Shown in pieces: positions 1-9,955 of a DNA stretch of 64,000 bases. Origin of the DNA: Patescibacteria group bacterium (GTDB taxonomy: Bacteria; Patescibacteriota; Minisyncoccia; Moranbacterales; DUUL01); contig JAYEIQ010000006.1 of assembly GCA_034660175.1 (NCBI GenBank), positions 10,201 to 74,200 of the forward strand, given 5' to 3'. How positions within the stretch are numbered: position 1 is the first letter of the stretch; each line of letters begins with the position of its first letter. A model generated the notes under the pieces. That model was not told the origin of the DNA, made no database searches, and saw nothing but the letters and a program-made list of their open reading frames with translations. The translations under genes and the position numbers were made by a program.

Positions 1-823
1 TCGTGTACGTTATTTGAGTATGGAAAGATTCACAAACGAATTGGTTGACGCTATTCAAAAATCAAAGGCTAAAGAATTTAAAAACAATTACATTGATCTC
101 GACATTCTCATTCTAGATGATGTTCAGTTTTTGGCAGGAAAAGAAAAAACACAGGAAGAGTTTTTTCACGTCTTTGAATCACTCTATCAACACGGAAAAC
201 AAATAATTCTCAGCAGCGACAGGGCACCAAAATCCATCCCAACACTCGAGGATCGGCTTCGCTCAAGGTTTGAAGGTGGAATGATGGCAGATGTTGGAAA
301 ACCTGATCTCGAAACAAGAGTTGCAATCATTGGAAAAAAGCTTTTAGAAAAACAATTTGAACTAGACAATGAGATTATTGAATATTTAGCTCAACATATT
401 TATCACAATGTGAGAGAACTTGAGGGAGCATTGAATAAAATTATAGTCACATACCAACTCAGAAACACCAATCCATCTCTTTCGGATGTTGTTGATATGA
501 CAAAAGATGTTATTTCCGTAAACAGACAACAAGAATTGACTCCTAAAAAGATATTAAAATCCGTTGCTGATTTCTATGATGTTAAAATAGATGAAATATT
601 CTCACGTTGTCGCAAAAAAAAGGTGGTTAAACCACGACAGGTGGCTATTTACTTAATGAGAAAAGATATAAATCTTTCATTTCCAGACATTGGACAAACA
701 ATCGGAGGCAGAGACCATTCAACAGCTATTTATGCTTTTGAGAAAATTGAAAAAGAAATTGAAAACAACTCCATATTAGAAGATCAGCTCAAATTTATTC
801 GAGAGAAGTTTATTGACTATTAA
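1..823 (+). CDS. dnaA: Chromosomal replication initiator DnaA. The 5' end is cut by the window edge; only the C-terminal AAA+ and DNA-binding domains are present.
   Basis: The reading frame is open to position 1. The Walker B-like ILILDD motif, a DLETRVAI sensor region and a C-terminal helix-turn-helix domain with a VAIYLMR-like motif are typical of DnaA. It is followed by DnaA boxes and dnaN. Confidence 0.9.
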   Translation, partial: RVRYLSMERFTNELVDAIQKSKAKEFKNNYIDLDILILDDVQFLAGKEKTQEEFFHVFESLYQHGKQIILSSDRAPKSIPTLEDRLRSRFEGGMMADVGKPDLETRVAIIGKKLLEKQFELDNEIIEYLAQHIYHNVRELEGALNKIIVTYQLRNTNPSLSDVVDMTKDVISVNRQQELTPKKILKSVADFYDVKIDEIFSRCRKKKVVKPRQVAIYLMRKDINLSFPDIGQTIGGRDHSTAIYAFEKIEKEIENNSILEDQLKFIREKFIDY

Positions 824-1126
824 AAACCATTTTGTGCTGTTCATAACCTGTGAAAACCTTGTGAATTACTCTAATATATATGTTAATTATATGTGGACAG
901 ACTGTGAATGACTTTATTGAAACAAGAAAACTCAATTTATCCACAAACACATCAACATCTTTCCCTGGAGTTATCTTCAAAACTATCCACATATTTAACA
1001 GCTTGTTTTTAGCTGAAGAAAGGTATACTCTCAGTTTATCCACACAGTTCACACTATAATAGTATTAATAATATTCTTTATATATAAATAATTATATTCA
1101 TTACTATGAGATTTACTTGTAAAACA
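824..1126. promoter_or_regulatory. oriC-like region between dnaA and dnaN, with DnaA boxes TTATCCACA at 936-944 and 1036-1044 and CTATCCACA at 984-992. A near-box on the opposite strand (ATGTGGACAG) lies at about 891-900. An AT-rich unwinding-element-like stretch lies at about 1061-1105.
   Basis: Three direct consensus or near-consensus DnaA 9-mers are read directly from the sequence. Their position between dnaA and dnaN is canonical for an origin. Confidence 0.7.
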
Positions 1127-2257
1127 ATGAATCTTCGAGAGGCTATTGCAAAAGTGGAACGAATAGTTTCAAAACAAACAACACTTCCCATATTGGGAAA
1201 TATATTAATTAGTACTGAAAAGGGAAGATTGTTAATAGCTTCAACTAATCTTGAGATAGCAGTTAAAGTTTATATAGGGGCAAAAATAGAAGAAGAAGGG
1301 CAAGTTACCATTCCTGCCCGTATATTAGGTGGTTTTTTGAATACAATAAAAGATGAAGTTGTTTCTGGAGACTTGAAAGATCTAGAATTAAAAATTTCTT
1401 CTGATAATCATAAAATAAAAATAAAAGGAATAGATGCAAAAGATTTTCCAATTATTCCTGATGTTGAAGGAGAATCATTTTTTTCGGTTTTATCGGATGT
1501 TTTGATAAGGATTATTTCTGGTGTTTTAGTTTCTGTAGCACATAATGATACTCGTCAAGAATTGAATGGTGTTTTTGTTAGGTTTGATAAAGAAAAACTT
1601 ACACTAGCATCAACAGATAGTTTTCGACTTACTGAATTAAAAGTGGATATTGAAAAAAATTCAATAACTAAAGGTTATGACGCTTACAGAGAAAAAAAAT
1701 CAACTATAATAGTTCCAGCTTTAGCTCTTATGGAATTACAAAGAATTGCTGTTAGTGGTGAACATGTTGAATTTACAATTGATCAAAACCAATTATTTAT
1801 TTCCACGAATTCAACGAAAGTTATTTCAAGGTTGATCAACGGAAACTATCCAGAATATAAACAAGTTTTGCCAAAAACATTTGAGATAAATGTGAAATTG
1901 AACAAAGAAGAATTTATTGGTGCGATAAAGATAGCCTCTTTGGTTGCCAACAGTCAGAATGGGGAAGTCCAACTTAAAAGCTCAAAAGACAAAAAACATC
2001 TTATTGTGGCTGCACAATCGATTGACACTGGTGATAATATTTCGAAAATTCCAGCTGAAATAGATGGCGTTGAATTTTCAGTATTATTTAATTGCAGATA
2101 TCTTCTTGAGGGGTTGGGCGGTGTTTTATTTGATGGTGACTTTGTTTTGTTAAAGTTAAACCAGCAAAAATCGCCAGTTATGCTCAAAAGTCTTAATGAT
2201 GAGAGAACAGAGGATACCTCATTTTCATATGTTATTATGCCGATTATCAAAAGTTAA
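1127..2257 (+). CDS. dnaN: DNA polymerase III beta sliding clamp
   Basis: A 376-aa protein from the internal Met (MNLREAI...). It has the three-domain beta-clamp size and sits immediately downstream of dnaA and oriC. Confidence 0.9.
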   Translation: MNLREAIAKVERIVSKQTTLPILGNILISTEKGRLLIASTNLEIAVKVYIGAKIEEEGQVTIPARILGGFLNTIKDEVVSGDLKDLELKISSDNHKIKIKGIDAKDFPIIPDVEGESFFSVLSDVLIRIISGVLVSVAHNDTRQELNGVFVRFDKEKLTLASTDSFRLTELKVDIEKNSITKGYDAYREKKSTIIVPALALMELQRIAVSGEHVEFTIDQNQLFISTNSTKVISRLINGNYPEYKQVLPKTFEINVKLNKEEFIGAIKIASLVANSQNGEVQLKSSKDKKHLIVAAQSIDTGDNISKIPAEIDGVEFSVLFNCRYLLEGLGGVLFDGDFVLLKLNQQKSPVMLKSLNDERTEDTSFSYVIMPIIKS

Positions 2258-2270
2258 ATTTTTCATAAAA

Positions 2271-2561
2271 ATGAAAACATTTCAGGAGGCTCTTGAGAAA
2301 AGAGTTGCAGACACCAAAAAAGTAAAACTTGATAAACACACCATCAAAAAAACAACTCACGATGTTGTTGAAGATTTGTTTGGAAAACTTGGTAAGGGCA
2401 ATGTTGTGGTGGCAGATTGGGGTGAAGGTGTTTTGGTTTTGCAATGCGAAAAGTCTATCTGGAGAACCGAGACAATTTTAAACAAAACAAAGATAATCAA
2501 TGAGGTTAATTCAATTTTTGGGAGCGATGTGGTGTCTGAGTTAAGAGTTAAGGGGGTTTAA
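2271..2561 (+). CDS. DUF721/DciA-like protein, a putative replicative helicase loader
   Basis: About 96 aa with the motif VVADWGEGVLVLQCEKSIWRTE...IINEVNSIFG, which resembles the DUF721 core. Its position next to dnaN is typical of DciA. Confidence 0.45.
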   Translation: MKTFQEALEKRVADTKKVKLDKHTIKKTTHDVVEDLFGKLGKGNVVVADWGEGVLVLQCEKSIWRTETILNKTKIINEVNSIFGSDVVSELRVKGV

Positions 2562-2576
2562 GGAAAATATATAAAT

Positions 2577-4193
2577 ATGGAAAAAATAGACAAAATAGTC
2601 AGCTTTCTTGAAAAAGGTCCACTTTCTATAAGAACGTGGATCGTGTCTTTTGGTGGGATAGTCGCTGCTCGAATTTTGATTGAATCTTTGGTTTTTTCTT
2701 TTGAACAAAAAACATTTGATGAATTTTTGGGGATCATTTTTGGAACAGTTCTGTTTTTTCTTTTTTCTTATATTGTTTTGCTAGTTGTTTTGAGATTTTT
2801 AGTGAAGGAAAAAATTGAGAAACTGGCAAGTGTCTTGCTTTGGGGACAGTGGATGATCATTATACCTCCTATCGTTGATAAGCTTATATTTGGGGATCGA
2901 AAATACTGGAGTTTTTATATTTTTGGTAGTGTGAAAGAGGTCATAATTAAGGGGCTGACTTTTTTTGGTGAAAATCCTTCTTTCGGGATCACGTGGGGAA
3001 CGAGGTTGCTTGTTTTGATTACTGTTGTTGGTTTGGGGTTGTATGTTTTTTATAAAAAAAGAAAAATTGTCTGGTTTTTCATTGGTGCAATATCTGTATA
3101 TTTGGTCTTGTATATTTTGGGTGCATTTCCTAGTTTTGTTAGCTTTGTCATATTGCCTTTTGCTGGTGTTGGTTTGTTTGCAATAGAGGCGGAGGACATT
3201 GCTAAGCAATTTTTAACATCTTTGCAATTGTTTGGAATTGAAAATTCTGGAATAAAAGTTGTTTTGCACTATAAAATGGGTTTGGTCTATAACCCGTTAT
3301 TATTTGTGTTTTCTGTTTTTCTGTTGTTTGTTTCCCGTAGGAGGTGGTTTTTCGCCTTGGCGAAAAATGTTCGTTATCCTCAAATGATCTTTAATTGCGG
3401 TTTGTTTTTTTTGGGTGTTGGTTTGGGTTGGATGAGGTTTCCACAAAACTTCGGCATTGATTTTTTTGAGATGATGGCTTTGGCCAACGCAATATTGGCG
3501 ATTTTTTTTGCTTGGTATTTTTCTGTTGTGGTCAATGATTTAGCGGATATTGAAATTGATCAAATATCCAATCAAGATCGTCCACTGACAAGTGGCGCGA
3601 TCAAGAAAAGCACATATTCTGACTTTGGTTTGATTTTTGCACTTTTTGCACTTCTGTCTTCTTTGGTTGTTTCAAAGGTTTTTTTCTTGATTATTGTTGG
3701 ATATCTTTTGGTTACTTGGGTTTACTCCTCACATCCTTTTCGTTTGAAAAGGTTTGTTCTTGTCTCAAGTATTCTTTCGTCATTTGCATCACTATTTTTT
3801 CTGTTGGGAGGATATTTGTTAATTTCAGATTTTCAAACTTTGCAGTTTTTTCCTTGGAGAATTATTTCTTTCTTGTTCATTGCATACGCATTTCTTATAC
3901 CACTGAAAGACATTAAGGATATAGAAGGAGATCAAGCAAAAGATGTGGAGACCCTTCCTGTTGTGTTAGGAGAAGAAAATGCAAGAATTTTCTTGGGTGT
4001 TGTTTTGTTTGTGAATTATGTTCTTTCTCCTGTGATTGTTGACGAACGTTCTCTTTTTTTGCCAGCTGTTCTTTTTGGTGGAATCAGTTATTGGGTCATA
4101 ACAAACCAAAAACACAAACCAAAAACTTTGCCTTGGTGGGTTTTGGGAATTGTGACAATTTATGGTATGCTTTTAGTGTTGATGATTTTTTGA
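2577..4193 (+). CDS. UbiA-family prenyltransferase domain fused to a roughly 290-aa N-terminal polytopic membrane domain
   Basis: The C-terminal half carries NDLADIEIDQISNQDRP (first Asp-rich motif NDxxDxxxD) and DIKDIEGDQAKD (second Asp-rich motif). Many transmembrane segments run throughout the protein. Confidence 0.6.
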   Translation: MEKIDKIVSFLEKGPLSIRTWIVSFGGIVAARILIESLVFSFEQKTFDEFLGIIFGTVLFFLFSYIVLLVVLRFLVKEKIEKLASVLLWGQWMIIIPPIVDKLIFGDRKYWSFYIFGSVKEVIIKGLTFFGENPSFGITWGTRLLVLITVVGLGLYVFYKKRKIVWFFIGAISVYLVLYILGAFPSFVSFVILPFAGVGLFAIEAEDIAKQFLTSLQLFGIENSGIKVVLHYKMGLVYNPLLFVFSVFLLFVSRRRWFFALAKNVRYPQMIFNCGLFFLGVGLGWMRFPQNFGIDFFEMMALANAILAIFFAWYFSVVVNDLADIEIDQISNQDRPLTSGAIKKSTYSDFGLIFALFALLSSLVVSKVFFLIIVGYLLVTWVYSSHPFRLKRFVLVSSILSSFASLFFLLGGYLLISDFQTLQFFPWRIISFLFIAYAFLIPLKDIKDIEGDQAKDVETLPVVLGEENARIFLGVVLFVNYVLSPVIVDERSLFLPAVLFGGISYWVITNQKHKPKTLPWWVLGIVTIYGMLLVLMIF

Positions 4194-4200
4194 AAAAACT

Positions 4201-4227
4201 TTGCACAAAAAATAATTGTGGTATAAT
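4201..4227 (+). promoter_or_regulatory. Putative sigma70-type promoter with -35 TTGCAC, a 15-nt spacer and an extended -10 TGgTATAAT
   Basis: Read directly from the sequence upstream of the 4311 CDS. Confidence 0.4.
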
Positions 4228-4310
4228 TGGACACAAGAGACATTCAACTGTTTTCAATTGATGATTTTGTGAAAGTTCGCATTTTTTTGATACCAAAAAA
4301 ATAAAAACAA

Positions 4311-5354
4311 ATGAAAAAAATTTTTGAAAAATATTCAAACAAGAAAATCTCTGTTTTTGCAGTGATACTTCTTTTTGCTTGGCTCAATTTTTCATTCGCG
4401 CAGGATGATGAGCTGAATAATTTTGAAGACAGAGACGATGATGGTCTCGCAGACATTGAAGAGGAGACACGTGGAACTGATCCAGACAATCCAGACACAG
4501 ACGGTGATGGATATGGTGATGGGGTTGAAGTTGATGGAGGCTATGATCCTCTTATCCCGGCCCCGGGAGATCGTGTTGGTGAGGACGAGGAAAGCGAAGA
4601 GATAGATAAGGTGAATGTGACAGATATTTATAAGAACATCATTGAAGAATCCAAGGGGAAAGAAATTGATATTTTAAAAGAAGCATTTCTCACCGAAGAA
4701 GGCGTGGTTAGTATTGACGATGAAGATGGAGATGTCTCATTGACTGACGATGATATAGAAGATTTTGTTGCTGAAACTCTCGAAGAGAGTGGTTTGATGA
4801 ATACTGAGATGGAAATGATCGACGAAGAAGATCTCAACATTCTTGATCCGTCCGAAGATGAGGATGCCAAAGAAGTTCTTAGTGAAGAAAAAAAACAAGT
4901 GGAAGAATACTTAATTGAAATCGGATATATTCTCACCGAAAATTATGATTACGTTTCTGGAGATCAAGATGTCTTGACTGGAGACTTGATGGGCCTGATC
5001 ATGGAAATTGGTCTTGATATTGATGAGGGAGATGACTCAAGGGTAAATGAAATGAAAGAAGATGGAAAGGATATTTTTGAGCAACTCAAGGAAATCGAGG
5101 CACCATATGTTCTCAAAGATGTTCATGTGACTGCAATGTCGTTGTTTCAACACATATTGAAACAAGATGAAAATCTTGTGTTTGACAGAGACGATCCTGT
5201 TGGATTGAACCTGTTGATCGGTCAAATCGAGGGTGTTGTGATGGAAGCTGACAGTTTGAGTGAGCAAGTGAACGAAGTGTTACAGCAACATGACATTGAC
5301 ACGATTAACACAGGGGATTATCAAGGTCAAGTTGGTGCAGGTTCCTTTTTCTAA
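4311..5354 (+). CDS. Secreted, highly acidic protein with thrombospondin-type-3-like Ca-binding repeats
   Basis: It has an N-terminal signal peptide (MKKIFEKYSNKKISVFAVILLFAWLNFSFA). It carries the repeat DDDGLADIEEETRGTDPDNPDTDGDGYGDG (DxDxDGxxD). The rest of the protein is Asp/Glu-rich. Confidence 0.5.
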   Translation: MKKIFEKYSNKKISVFAVILLFAWLNFSFAQDDELNNFEDRDDDGLADIEEETRGTDPDNPDTDGDGYGDGVEVDGGYDPLIPAPGDRVGEDEESEEIDKVNVTDIYKNIIEESKGKEIDILKEAFLTEEGVVSIDDEDGDVSLTDDDIEDFVAETLEESGLMNTEMEMIDEEDLNILDPSEDEDAKEVLSEEKKQVEEYLIEIGYILTENYDYVSGDQDVLTGDLMGLIMEIGLDIDEGDDSRVNEMKEDGKDIFEQLKEIEAPYVLKDVHVTAMSLFQHILKQDENLVFDRDDPVGLNLLIGQIEGVVMEADSLSEQVNEVLQQHDIDTINTGDYQGQVGAGSFF

Positions 5355-5393
5355 ATAAAGGGGCAGTCAAGTTTTGTATAATATAGACAAAAA

Positions 5394-6311
5394 ATGCAGT
5401 TTCAAAAACAAAAAAAATACAAGAAAATAATTGCCGCATTTTTATTGGTAACCTTTTTGATGTTTTCTGGAGGTCAGGCAAGGGCTGGTTATTGGTCTGA
5501 GAACTTTAAGGCAAATACCGTGGATACTATGTATGATGAGATTTTGTATGGCATCAAGAAAGTGATTTTGCAGAAAATGAAGCAGTCTGCCGGAAAATCA
5601 GTTAGTGGAAAGATGAGGAGTCTTGCAGCAGGAACGACGGGTAAATCTGGTGTCGTTTCTAACTATGAAGATTTTATTTTTGGTGCATCTCAAAGAGATG
5701 TTGATAATTATGTGACAGACTTTTTTCGAGTTATGCAAACAGGTGGAGTTTCTCCTGAAACAAGGGGTGAGTTGAGAATGATCGAAATAGCAATTCGAAA
5801 CGAATTGGAACCATCTATGCCGGATGATCTTTTTGAGCACAGAATAAATAGTCCAACTCCCAGAAAAGATGTCTTTGACCAAACTGTTGGTGGTGGGAAA
5901 GAGGAGTATTTGGAAATGCAAATGGGTGGGGCTCATCCAGTTGACATTTTTTTTCAGACTGAAAACATGATCTCTGCAAGATTTGAGCAAGAAGCAGTGG
6001 CAAATGAAGCAGAGGCTGTTGCTGGTGGTGGATTTGCAACAGTGATAAATGGGAATAAAGTCGTTCCCGGTTCAGTTATGAAGGATTTGGTTTCAGCTTC
6101 TGAGGAGATGCCAATTCAAATGATTAACAATGCCGGGTCTTGGCAGGAAATCATTGCAACTATGGCTGTTCAGTCTTTGGTTTCTTTTTCAAAACAAGGA
6201 ATAGAGATAGTTTCAAAACCAGCAAAAAATAAAGAAAGAAGAATTCAAAGAAGCAGGACGAATGGAGTTAATGGCGCTCTTGATCAAGTCTATAGTGGTA
6301 TAAACTATTAA
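5394..6311 (+). CDS. Secreted hypothetical protein
   Basis: Signal peptide with an AGY cleavage-like site. No recognisable catalytic motifs. Confidence 0.4.
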   Translation: MQFQKQKKYKKIIAAFLLVTFLMFSGGQARAGYWSENFKANTVDTMYDEILYGIKKVILQKMKQSAGKSVSGKMRSLAAGTTGKSGVVSNYEDFIFGASQRDVDNYVTDFFRVMQTGGVSPETRGELRMIEIAIRNELEPSMPDDLFEHRINSPTPRKDVFDQTVGGGKEEYLEMQMGGAHPVDIFFQTENMISARFEQEAVANEAEAVAGGGFATVINGNKVVPGSVMKDLVSASEEMPIQMINNAGSWQEIIATMAVQSLVSFSKQGIEIVSKPAKNKERRIQRSRTNGVNGALDQVYSGINY

Positions 6312-6326
6312 TGTTCAATTGAAAAA

Positions 6327-8249
6327 ATGTTTTTCAAACAAAACAAAACAAAAAGCATCTTAGCACTTTTATTTCTGGGTGTGTTTCTGAGTTGCTCCTT
6401 TGGCTTTGTTGGTGTGGCTGGAGCTGGAGAAGGGCAAAGAAGAGAACAGGCGCAAGGTACGGGAACTATAACAGATGAAGCCAAAAAGATCCTTAGCAAA
6501 ATTGTTTCTCCTATTTTGGGTGGCATAAAAAAGATAGGAATAGCAATTGTTTCTATTCCTTTGATACTTCTCAGGAAATTGACAGCTGTGTTACTCACGG
6601 TTTCAATGAACACCGTGGACTTAATGCTGAGTGAGGCGATGTATAGTAACGTCTTTTTTTCTCCAGAGGCAAGAACCGCGCTAAACACTGGTTGGGGTTT
6701 GGTGCGTGATTTTGTAAATATGTTCTATGTCTTGATATTGATATTCTTGGCAATTGCAACAATTTTGCGGGTGAATAAGTTCAGTGATAAAAAGCTTTTG
6801 TTGTCGGTGGTGATTAGCGCCTTGTTGGTCAACTTTTCAAAACCTATTGCATTGTTCATTATTGATGCTTCGAATTTGGCTATGAGTTTTTTCATGGGAA
6901 ATATCACAACAACAGGATTAAGCTACACTGAGCTGATGGCCGAGAGAATGAGTTTCTCTAGTCTCTGGGCAGGAAATGTAGGCCAGAGCACTGAGGGAAT
7001 GTTGGTGGTCACGATAAACGAGATTATATTTACTATGATTTTTTCGACAACCTTGTTCGTTTTGGGATTTGCTCTACTTATTCGATTGATCGCTTTTTGG
7101 GTTTTGATCGTACTTTCACCACTTGCATTTTTTTGTCTTGTATTGCCAGGAACATTTTTGAGCGGTTTATACAAAGGCTGGTTGGAAAAAATGGTATACT
7201 GGGCGTTTTTTGGTCCCGTTCTCTTGTTTTTCTTGTGGCTAGCTCTGGTTTTGGTAAATGCATTGACCATAGCAACAATAGCTGCCCCAATACCAGGCAT
7301 CAATCAAACACCAATTTCGTCTGGTGAAGGGTTGAGTGGTTTTGCAATTAATTTTTTCAGACACATTATCCCATTTGCAGCAACCATCTATTTATTATTT
7401 TATGGTTTTGATACATCTCGAAAGATGGCCGAAAGGGCTGGGTCTTCTGTGGGTGGTTTAATGAGAAGAGGAAGTGAATGGATGAACAAAGGGCTCAAAT
7501 ATTCAGCAATAGCTGGAACTGGTGCTGTTGGGGCTATGGGATATGCTGGATATAAGTATGGAAAGAATTATGCAAGTGATGCAAGAACGGCAGCAGAGAA
7601 AAAGCTTTCAGAAAGCGATAGTAGACTTAGAACCTTGACAAAAAAAGGACGTGAGAGGCAATCTGAAGAAAGAGTGGCTAGAATGACTGGCGAAACTGAC
7701 AAACTTGACAGAGACAAGACCAATGAGAGCTATAAAAAAATGAAAGATTCTGGTCAGGCCAAGAATGAGGTGATCAGTAATATTAGCAGTAAAGATAAGC
7801 ATGATGCAGCTGCAGCTGCAAAACTTGCTGCTGAAAAAGGATGGCTTGGAAGTCAGGATGATTATGAAAAGGCAACAAGTGCAACAAGTAAGATAAAACC
7901 AATAAAATATCAATTTGATGAATTAGCAAAGAAGAAAAACCTCAATTCGGTGATTAATTATGATCTCAATACAAAGGCACGTGAATTGGGTCATGCTGAC
8001 GCAAACGCACTTTCCAGTGCTGATCCAACGACAGCAGCGGCTGTATTGGATAAATACATGGCAAACAAAGGTGCTGTTGACTTTGCTGACGAAAAAAGGG
8101 AATTTTTTGACAACGCTATAGTAGCCAAACATTTATCTAACAAGTATGGTTCAGCCACTTCTGATGTTAAGAGTGCTGCTAGAAAAAAGGCAACAGATAA
8201 AATTAGTGATCCAGAAAAACTACAAAGAGTATTGGATATTATCGGATAG
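6327..8249 (+). CDS. Polytopic membrane protein with a C-terminal charged tail, possibly a VirB6/TrbL-like T4SS channel component
   Basis: A signal or transmembrane segment is followed by about 6-8 transmembrane helices (aa ~60-370), then a 270-aa Lys/Ala/Glu-rich hydrophilic tail. The call rests on this architecture plus the neighbouring VirB4. Confidence 0.35.
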   Translation: MFFKQNKTKSILALLFLGVFLSCSFGFVGVAGAGEGQRREQAQGTGTITDEAKKILSKIVSPILGGIKKIGIAIVSIPLILLRKLTAVLLTVSMNTVDLMLSEAMYSNVFFSPEARTALNTGWGLVRDFVNMFYVLILIFLAIATILRVNKFSDKKLLLSVVISALLVNFSKPIALFIIDASNLAMSFFMGNITTTGLSYTELMAERMSFSSLWAGNVGQSTEGMLVVTINEIIFTMIFSTTLFVLGFALLIRLIAFWVLIVLSPLAFFCLVLPGTFLSGLYKGWLEKMVYWAFFGPVLLFFLWLALVLVNALTIATIAAPIPGINQTPISSGEGLSGFAINFFRHIIPFAATIYLLFYGFDTSRKMAERAGSSVGGLMRRGSEWMNKGLKYSAIAGTGAVGAMGYAGYKYGKNYASDARTAAEKKLSESDSRLRTLTKKGRERQSEERVARMTGETDKLDRDKTNESYKKMKDSGQAKNEVISNISSKDKHDAAAAAKLAAEKGWLGSQDDYEKATSATSKIKPIKYQFDELAKKKNLNSVINYDLNTKARELGHADANALSSADPTTAAAVLDKYMANKGAVDFADEKREFFDNAIVAKHLSNKYGSATSDVKSAARKKATDKISDPEKLQRVLDIIG

Positions 8250-8279
8250 CTCAGAATTCGAAATCAAAAAACACAGGAT

Positions 8280-9464
8280 GTGTTGGATATAAATAGTTAT
8301 GCTTTTTTCAAAACGAAGATGGATCAACAAACAAAAGTATCAAGCAGGCAAGCTAGTCCATATTTTGCAAGTGTAAACTTTGAACAAGAAAAAGACACAA
8401 AAGAAGAAAGAACAGAACTCACTCGCAAGTTTATTTCATTGCCAAGGGCAATCAGGTATGGACTTTTAGATTCTGAAACTCGAAAGGGCATTGAAAGGGT
8501 GTCCAATTCTTTTGGTGTAAATGATCAAAACAAGATAGGAGAAATTTCTCGTATGGTGAGGAATGTTTATTTGGAGAAAATTGATAAGAGTGAGATCAAG
8601 AAAGGAGCTCAGGAAAAGATCGCAATAGAATCAGCCAGGCTCGATGAGTTTGTGAAGGAGGTTGATCGAATTGCAAAAAAAGTAAAGCAAAGAGGGGAAG
8701 AAGAGATCGCAGCGGATTCTGAAGAATTACCGATAATTCCAGCGCTTAAAAAATTTGAAAAACTAGGAGGGCAAGAGATAACAGAGGGATTTATTGAGAT
8801 AGAAGTTGATTTAGAAAAGAAGTCTGTTGAGCCAACGATCAGAAATTGGTTGGAAGATTATATTCAAAACAAAGGTGCGCAAGCTCATGACAATCTTGAG
8901 CGAAGTGATTACTTGTATAAATCTGCAAACACTGAACTTCTTTCAACTCAAGAAAGAGACAAGTTGTCCTTTGTTCTTCGTTCCTATGACCTGGACGAGA
9001 CAATTCTTGTGAGCAAGGGTTCCCAGGAGGTTTTCTTTGAAAAAGTTTCTCATGTGGAAAAAAACGGTCAAGTTGAGAAAAGAAAAGAGTCTTCTACAAA
9101 AGCAATCGATCAAAAAAAAGGAGATGAAAAAAACTTTGAGGGTGTTTCTCGTGACCTGAAACAGGGGGATGAGGAGTCAAAAGGACGACAACAGGAATCT
9201 TTTGAAAGAATGATAGGTGAGGAAGATCCAGATGATGAACGAATCAGAAACAAACCTCATGAAATAACTTGGTATGGAAAAAGTTCACCCTTTGATAATT
9301 TGGAAAAGATAGATACAGATTCATTTCAGAAAGGAAGCCAAGAGAAGTTGGAAAACAAGACTACTATAACTGCACAAAAAGAAAACGAAAAGAAAATTGA
9401 CTTTGCTTTGAGTAATAATCCACAGAAAATGAAACATGTTGTTGATCTGAAAAAGGACATTTGA
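8280..9464 (+). CDS. Hypothetical charged, probably disordered protein
   Basis: A 394-aa ORF that is Glu/Lys-rich with no transmembrane segments. It lies inside the T4SS-like cluster. Confidence 0.35.
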   Translation: MLDINSYAFFKTKMDQQTKVSSRQASPYFASVNFEQEKDTKEERTELTRKFISLPRAIRYGLLDSETRKGIERVSNSFGVNDQNKIGEISRMVRNVYLEKIDKSEIKKGAQEKIAIESARLDEFVKEVDRIAKKVKQRGEEEIAADSEELPIIPALKKFEKLGGQEITEGFIEIEVDLEKKSVEPTIRNWLEDYIQNKGAQAHDNLERSDYLYKSANTELLSTQERDKLSFVLRSYDLDETILVSKGSQEVFFEKVSHVEKNGQVEKRKESSTKAIDQKKGDEKNFEGVSRDLKQGDEESKGRQQESFERMIGEEDPDDERIRNKPHEITWYGKSSPFDNLEKIDTDSFQKGSQEKLENKTTITAQKENEKKIDFALSNNPQKMKHVVDLKKDI

Positions 9465-9506
9465 TTTTAGTGGTCTGTTTTTATTGTTTTCTATTGTTGA
9501 ATTTAT

Positions 9507-9923
9507 ATGCGTTTCAATGTTCCACAATTTATTAGTATTGAAGATAAAATAGCCTTTCAACTCACAGCAAAACAGTTAGGTTGGTTTGCTCTTGGCGGGG
9601 TTATTCTTTTTTTTATTTGGCAAGTCGCCATTCCCGCAATATTTTTTGTCTGGGTTTTTATTATAGGCGCATTAGCATTAGCATTTGCATTTGTTAAGCC
9701 CTATGGGATCCCCTTTTTATCTTTTTTGGTTAGCAATGCGAAGTATTTGATTCGTCCAAAGGTTTTGGTTTGGGAGAGAAAGGTAAAAGAACAAAAAGAT
9801 CAAAAAGCCAAACACAAAACATCAACTAGAAAGAAGGCTGGGATCGACAGATTTATGAAAGAGAAAGAGCTAAAAAAGGTGGATGATTTCGCAAGCGTAT
9901 TAGACAAACAAAGCAAAATTTAG
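9507..9923 (+). CDS. Small two-transmembrane membrane protein, possibly a VirB3/PrgI-like component
   Basis: A 138-aa protein with two hydrophobic helices followed by a basic tail. It sits immediately upstream of the VirB4-like genes. Confidence 0.3.
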   Translation: MRFNVPQFISIEDKIAFQLTAKQLGWFALGGVILFFIWQVAIPAIFFVWVFIIGALALAFAFVKPYGIPFLSFLVSNAKYLIRPKVLVWERKVKEQKDQKAKHKTSTRKKAGIDRFMKEKELKKVDDFASVLDKQSKI

Positions 9924-9955
9924 GTTTAAAAATAAAATAAAAGTAGAACAAAAAT

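Noticed and set aside
2196-2270. Longer 121-aa version of the DciA-like ORF starting at 2196
   Set aside because: The 5' extension overlaps the 3' end of dnaN in another frame. The Met at 2271 just after the dnaN stop is the more plausible start.
4628-4936. Minus-strand ORFs inside secreted-protein genes (4628-4936, 5598-5990, 5815-6039) and the many other antisense ORFs in the track
   Set aside because: They are embedded antisense in confidently assigned or longer CDSs, have low-complexity composition and lack start context.
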